This document shows, piece after piece, positions 59,720 to 64,000 of a stretch of 64,000 nt of DNA. Every line of letters starts with the position of its first letter. The first letter of the stretch is position 1. The notes below the pieces were generated by a model. It was not told where the DNA came from. It did not search any database and saw only the letters and a program-made list of their open reading frames with translations. Source of the DNA: an uncultured bacterium (GTDB lineage: Bacteria; Chloroflexota; UBA5177; JANWHV01); contig CAWHAE010000010.1 in assembly GCA_963827235.1 (NCBI GenBank), positions 512,001 to 576,000 of the forward strand, given 5' to 3'. The translations under genes and the position numbers were made by a program.

Positions 59720-61273
59720 ATGAGGACAGCTGGTCGAGGTCGCTGGTGTGCGCTCGGCGCGGTCCAATTGGCGGTCTTCGCCGTCGGCCTCGACATCACG
59801 GTCCTCAGCGTGGCGCTGCCTACACTGGCCACAGCCCTGCACGCCTCGGAGTCGGACCTGCAGTGGTTCTCGTCCGGATACACTCTGGTGCTCGCGGCAG
59901 CCATGCTGCCGGCGGGAGCGCTGGGCGATCGCTACGGCCGCAAGCGGGTCATGCTGGCTTCGCTGGCCCTGTTCGGGGCAGGATCGGCAGCGTGTGCCAG
60001 CGCACCGTCGGGCGCTGCCTTCCTGGCCGCGCGGTTGGCGCTTGGTCTGGCCGGCGCCGGCGTGATCGTGATGGCAGTCTCCGCGCTGACCGTGCTGTTT
60101 AGCGAGAAGGAACGGCCGCGCGCTGTCGCGGTTTGGGCGGCCGCCAACTTCCTCTCCATGCCGATTGGACCGATCCTGGGCGGTTGGCTGCTCAGTCGCT
60201 ATTGGTGGGGCTGGGTATTCCTGATCAACGTCCCGGTGGCCCTGGTAGGTTTGGTCGCGGTAGGTGTACTCGTCCCTGAGTCCCGTGCGCCTGCGCCGCC
60301 GGGCGTCGATCCGGTGGGTGTGGCCGCCTCGAGCGCCGGACTCGTCGGTGTGACCTACGGCCTGATCGATGCTGGGCAGCACGGCTGGGGCAGTGCGAGC
60401 GCCTGGGGGCCCATCCTGGCGGGGCTTGCCGTGCTCATCGGGTTCGTCTACTGGGAGCTCCTGCTCACGGAACGACCGGGAGGCCAGCCCCTGGTCGACC
60501 TCGGGCTGTTCCGCCTGGCCTCGTTCACCTGGGGAGTGGTGCTCATGACCGTTGGGACGCTCGCCCTGGTCGGCGTGTTGTTCACCATGCCCCAATACTC
60601 CCAGGCGGTGCTCGGGACCGATGCCATGGGCTCCGGCCTGCGGCTGCTGCCGCTGGTAGGGGGACTGGTGGTCGGGCTCTTGCCGGCGCGCGGTATCGCC
60701 CGCGTCGCGGGGGACAAGGTCGCCGTCGCCCTCGGGTTCGCGGTGCTTACCGCGGGTATGCTGGTCGGGGCCACGACAGGCCCGGCGTCCACCGACGAAT
60801 TCGTGATGGCGTGGATGGCGATCGTCGGGCTCGGCTTCGGACTTGCCTTCGCACTTGCGGCTTCCGCCGCGCTTTCCGAGCTCTCCGCGGACCGGAGCGG
60901 CGTCGGATCGGCTATCCTGCAGGCGGTGAAGAACATGGGGGCGCCATTCGGCGCGGCAGTTTTGGGCAGCGCACTGATCTCCACGTACCAGGCGAATCTG
61001 CGCCTGGCGGGCTTGCCGGGAGCAGCCGAGGCGCTGGCGCGCGGGAGCGTGTTTGGCGGCCTGGCCGTGGCCCACCAGACCAAATCGACGGCGTTGGAGG
61101 TGTCGGTGCGCGCGGCCTTCGTGCACGGTATGGACGTGTCGTTGCTGGTATCGGCAGGGATCGCGCTTGCAGGCATGGTGCTTGCTGTAGCATTCCTCCC
61201 CGGCCGAGCTGCGGGGCAGGGCCGAACGCCGGCACCGGTGATGAAGGGAGGGCCGCGTGCGGTCACGGGGTGA
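59720..61273 (+). CDS. DHA2 (EmrB/QacA) MFS efflux pump
   Basis: LDITVLSVALP, GALGDRYGRKR, GPILGG..WGWVFLINVP; ~14 TM segments. Confidence 0.9.
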   Translation: MRTAGRGRWCALGAVQLAVFAVGLDITVLSVALPTLATALHASESDLQWFSSGYTLVLAAAMLPAGALGDRYGRKRVMLASLALFGAGSAACASAPSGAAFLAARLALGLAGAGVIVMAVSALTVLFSEKERPRAVAVWAAANFLSMPIGPILGGWLLSRYWWGWVFLINVPVALVGLVAVGVLVPESRAPAPPGVDPVGVAASSAGLVGVTYGLIDAGQHGWGSASAWGPILAGLAVLIGFVYWELLLTERPGGQPLVDLGLFRLASFTWGVVLMTVGTLALVGVLFTMPQYSQAVLGTDAMGSGLRLLPLVGGLVVGLLPARGIARVAGDKVAVALGFAVLTAGMLVGATTGPASTDEFVMAWMAIVGLGFGLAFALAASAALSELSADRSGVGSAILQAVKNMGAPFGAAVLGSALISTYQANLRLAGLPGAAEALARGSVFGGLAVAHQTKSTALEVSVRAAFVHGMDVSLLVSAGIALAGMVLAVAFLPGRAAGQGRTPAPVMKGGPRAVTG

Positions 61274-61283
61274 GCGACCAGCC

Positions 61284-61859
61284 GTGAGCCTGCGCGAGCG
61301 CAAGAAGGTCAAGATGCGCGCAGAGATCCAGCGCCAGGCACTGCGGCTTTTTCGCGAGCAGGGGTACGAGGCGACCCCGGTGCGCCAGATCGCCGAGGCA
61401 GCTGAGATCTCGGAGAGCACCTTCTTCCGCTATTTCCCCACCAAGGAGGATGTCGTCCTGTGGGACGAGCTCGACCCATATCTGCTGGCAGTGTTTCGGG
61501 CTCAGCCGGCGACCATGAGCCCGATACAGGCGCTGCGCGTCGCGTTTCGCGAGGTGCTTTCCCGTCTAGCCGATTCGGACCGGGCAGAAGTGCGCGCGCG
61601 GATCGTGCTCATGTTGACGGCACCGCCGTTGCGGGCAACGCTGGTCGACCTCTTCGGCGGGCCGCGGCATCTTCTGGTGGACGCCGTGGCTGACCGGGCG
61701 GGGCGACGACCTGATGACCCGGCGGTGCGCGCCCTGGTGGGAGCCGTGGTTGGCGTGGCGCTATCGGCGCTCTTCGCCGTGCTGGAAGACGCTGACGTGG
61801 ACGTCGTCTCCGTGCTCGACGACGGGATGGCACGCCTAGAAGCCGGTCTCTCCCTGTAG
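61284..61859 (+). CDS. TetR family regulator
   Basis: LRERKK..LFREQGYEATPVRQIAEAAEISESTFFRYFPTKED. Confidence 0.9.
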   Translation: MSLRERKKVKMRAEIQRQALRLFREQGYEATPVRQIAEAAEISESTFFRYFPTKEDVVLWDELDPYLLAVFRAQPATMSPIQALRVAFREVLSRLADSDRAEVRARIVLMLTAPPLRATLVDLFGGPRHLLVDAVADRAGRRPDDPAVRALVGAVVGVALSALFAVLEDADVDVVSVLDDGMARLEAGLSL

Positions 61860-62201
61860 CGCACGAATGCCAGCCAACGTCGAGCTTCCCACAACGCCGA
61901 GATCGCCGACTTTCAGAGCCCAGAGCACCTGCTAGCACGCGCAGACCATTTACGTGCCGGCGACTCATGCGCACGGGAGGTATCCCGCCTATGCGCTGAC
62001 CAGCGACCAACCGCAGCCACGGCCATTCCCCCAATCCTGCAGCAGCCGGGGGCGTGCTTCAGCGTCCAACGCCGGTTCCTCGGCCGGTCGCAGCCGGCCC
62101 CGTTCCTGCCAACCTCGCCGCGGCCGGAGACTACCATAGCACATAGCTGCCTCGGGACGAGTCCGTGGGCAGGCTCTGGAGGCTGCGTGCTGTCACTCAG
62201 T

Positions 62202-63224
62202 TCAGTCGGTGGTGACCTCCTCGAGGCGAACCGCGCGGCGCTCCCTCAGAGCCAGTCCGGCCGCCACGGCGAGGCGCAACGCGGCGTAGCCGTCCTCGAT
62301 TCCCACCGGCGGCTGCGTGCCCGTCCGGATGCACTCCACGAACTGCACGATCTCGGCTCGGAAGGCGTCAAGGAAGCGGTCGATGAAGAAGGCGGGCTGA
62401 GCCAACGCCTCCTCGTCCGGACCAAGAATAGTCAGTCCCGGACCGCCGCTGCCTTCGACGAACAGCGTGCCGGCCGAACCGTGTACTTCCGCCCGGATGT
62501 CGTAACCGTGCACTGCCTGGCGGCAGTTATCGATGATGCCCAGGGCGCCGCTCTCGAACTTCAGCGTGGTGATCGCGGTGTCGACGTCGCCGAGCTCCTT
62601 GACTGCCGGGTCGACCAGCACCGAGCCGGTGGCGAACACTTCCTCCACCTCGGAGCCCATTAGCCAGCGCGCCATGTCGAACTCGTGAATAGCCTGATCC
62701 TTGAACTGGCCGCCGCTGAGCTTGAGGTAGGCGATCGGCGCGATCCGCGGATCTCTGCCCACCAGGCGCACCAGCCAGGGCGTGCCGATCTCGCCGCGCT
62801 GGATGGCGGCGCGCGCGCCGGCAAAGCCGGGATCGAATCGCCGGTTGAATCCGAGCTGCAGCAGCACCTTGCTGGCTTTCAGGGCCTCGATCGCCTCCAG
62901 GGTCGCCGCCAGACTCTGCGCCACGGGCTTCTCGCACAAAACGTGTTTGCCTTGCCTCGCCGCTTCGACCATCATTGCCGCGTGCGTATCGGTGGAAGAG
63001 GCAATGATGATCGCGTCGACCGAGCCGTTCTCAAGCAGCGCCTGGTAGCGATCGGTCGCCCAGCCCTGTTTCTCCTTGGCCACTACTCGCTGAGCCGCCA
63101 TCAGGTCGATATCCGCCACGGCGACCAGTTTCGCGCCTGGTGTATGGTGCGCAACATTCGCGGCATGCAGAGCGCCGATACGCCCGGCACCGATAACACC
63201 AATGCCAATCACATCACGCGTCAT
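62202..63224 (-). CDS. iolG: myo-inositol 2-dehydrogenase-like (Gfo/Idh/MocA) oxidoreductase
   Basis: GAGRIG, CEKP, GFNRRFDP, SGGQFKDQAIHEFD, GYDIRAEVHG. Confidence 0.75.
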   Translation of the reverse strand: MTRDVIGIGVIGAGRIGALHAANVAHHTPGAKLVAVADIDLMAAQRVVAKEKQGWATDRYQALLENGSVDAIIIASSTDTHAAMMVEAARQGKHVLCEKPVAQSLAATLEAIEALKASKVLLQLGFNRRFDPGFAGARAAIQRGEIGTPWLVRLVGRDPRIAPIAYLKLSGGQFKDQAIHEFDMARWLMGSEVEEVFATGSVLVDPAVKELGDVDTAITTLKFESGALGIIDNCRQAVHGYDIRAEVHGSAGTLFVEGSGGPGLTILGPDEEALAQPAFFIDRFLDAFRAEIVQFVECIRTGTQPPVGIEDGYAALRLAVAAGLALRERRAVRLEEVTTD

Positions 63225-63260
63225 ACTGACACTACCTCCACCCGCCTCGGCGGGCCGGGT

Positions 63261-64000
63261 CTATTTCTTGTCGGGGTCGGGGATCAGCACGTCCCTGATC
63301 ACGGCGTCGAGATCGGAGCAGGCGGCGACGAACTGGCGCAGCGTACGGCGGGTCGAGCCGAAGCCATCGAAGTCCTCGACTGCTATGCCGTCTTCGCTGT
63401 AGGCGCGCCGGAAATCGGCGAACTTCCTCAGCAGCTCGCCCACTATCTTCTCGTCGACCGGCCTGTCGATGCGCGGCTCCACGGTCACGTCACTGGCGTT
63501 GAAGCGCACCTGCCATGAGTAGGGTGGGGAGATCACCACATCGCCGCCGATGAACTCGCTCCAGTGCATGTGATTGCGGAAGGCGGCAGAGAGGAGGCGA
63601 ATGCGATAGCCACGCTCCTGGAAGATGCGGTAGGCCTTCTTGAACACCGCGACGCCCGCCCACTCGAGATAGCCCGGGTCGATGGCGATGTTCTCCTTCT
63701 CCACCAGAACCTTCAGCCAGTCGTCGAGCCTTCCCACCATGATCGTGCATACCGGGCCCATGCTGGCGATGCTCAGGCCTTCATGCTCGCGCCGCTTCAG
63801 GCCGCGCTCTACCGCTTCGGCGACCGCGATCGCCTGCGGCAGCGTGAAGCTCACCGTGGCGTTGATGCTCACGCCGCGGTACGTCGCCTCCTCGATGGCC
63901 GGGATTCCGGCGCGGGTGACCGGAATCTTCACGATCATGTTGGGCGCCAGACCGCTGAAATGCACTGCCTGGTCCACGATGGCTTGGGTGTCGCGGAAGT
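63261..64000 (-). CDS. transaldolase family protein, 3' part
   Basis: NMIVKIPVT..G..AIEE..GVSINATVSF Schiff-base motif; MVGRLDD. Confidence 0.85.
   Translation of the reverse strand, partial: FRDTQAIVDQAVHFSGLAPNMIVKIPVTRAGIPAIEEATYRGVSINATVSFTLPQAIAVAEAVERGLKRREHEGLSIASMGPVCTIMVGRLDDWLKVLVEKENIAIDPGYLEWAGVAVFKKAYRIFQERGYRIRLLSAAFRNHMHWSEFIGGDVVISPPYSWQVRFNASDVTVEPRIDRPVDEKIVGELLRKFADFRRAYSEDGIAVEDFDGFGSTRRTLRQFVAACSDLDAVIRDVLIPDPDKK

Noticed and set aside
32638-61420. Long antisense ORFs (e.g. 32638-34164, 57721-59007, 59624-61420)
   Set aside because: Shadow frames of well-supported genes, expected at high GC; they have no motifs.
1-64000. tRNA, rRNA, prophage, IS or integrase
   Set aside because: None recognised by eye; a covariance-model scan would be needed to exclude small RNAs.

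Overview
High-GC bacterial DNA. The gene repertoire is most consistent with a soil Chloroflexota-like organism carrying several actinobacteria-like genes; this is inference, not a database result. From left to right the window holds: the 5' end of dgoD; an orphan parA-parB pair; an RtcB remnant; three ABC-2/DrrAB-type exporters (two with a PadR or TetR regulator and clear palindromic operators); a URO-D-family protein; a VOC-methyltransferase fusion; a CheB-CheR-PAS-histidine kinase; moaA; a large secreted clan GH-A glycosidase; sugar genes (prs, xylB, GH130, DeoR/GH4, galT, iolG-like, transaldolase); a complete ~16 kb 4-hydroxybenzoate/protocatechuate (beta-ketoadipate) cluster with its own Liv-type ABC importer, aldehyde dehydrogenase and divergent PcaR with three operator boxes; a 14-blade beta-propeller/Y_Y_Y histidine kinase with no signal peptide or TM helix; an MCP with a sigma-28-like promoter and a perfect 18-bp leader hairpin; and an MFS-TetR pair. 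I saw no rRNA, tRNA, CRISPR array, integrase or transposase. Four gene remnants and two frameshifted genes are present. The most novel-looking items are the apparently cytoplasmic, Cys-rich double-propeller kinase, the EE-heptad coiled coil in the CheB/CheR kinase (possible self-methylation), and the orphan ParAB with candidate non-canonical palindromic sites.
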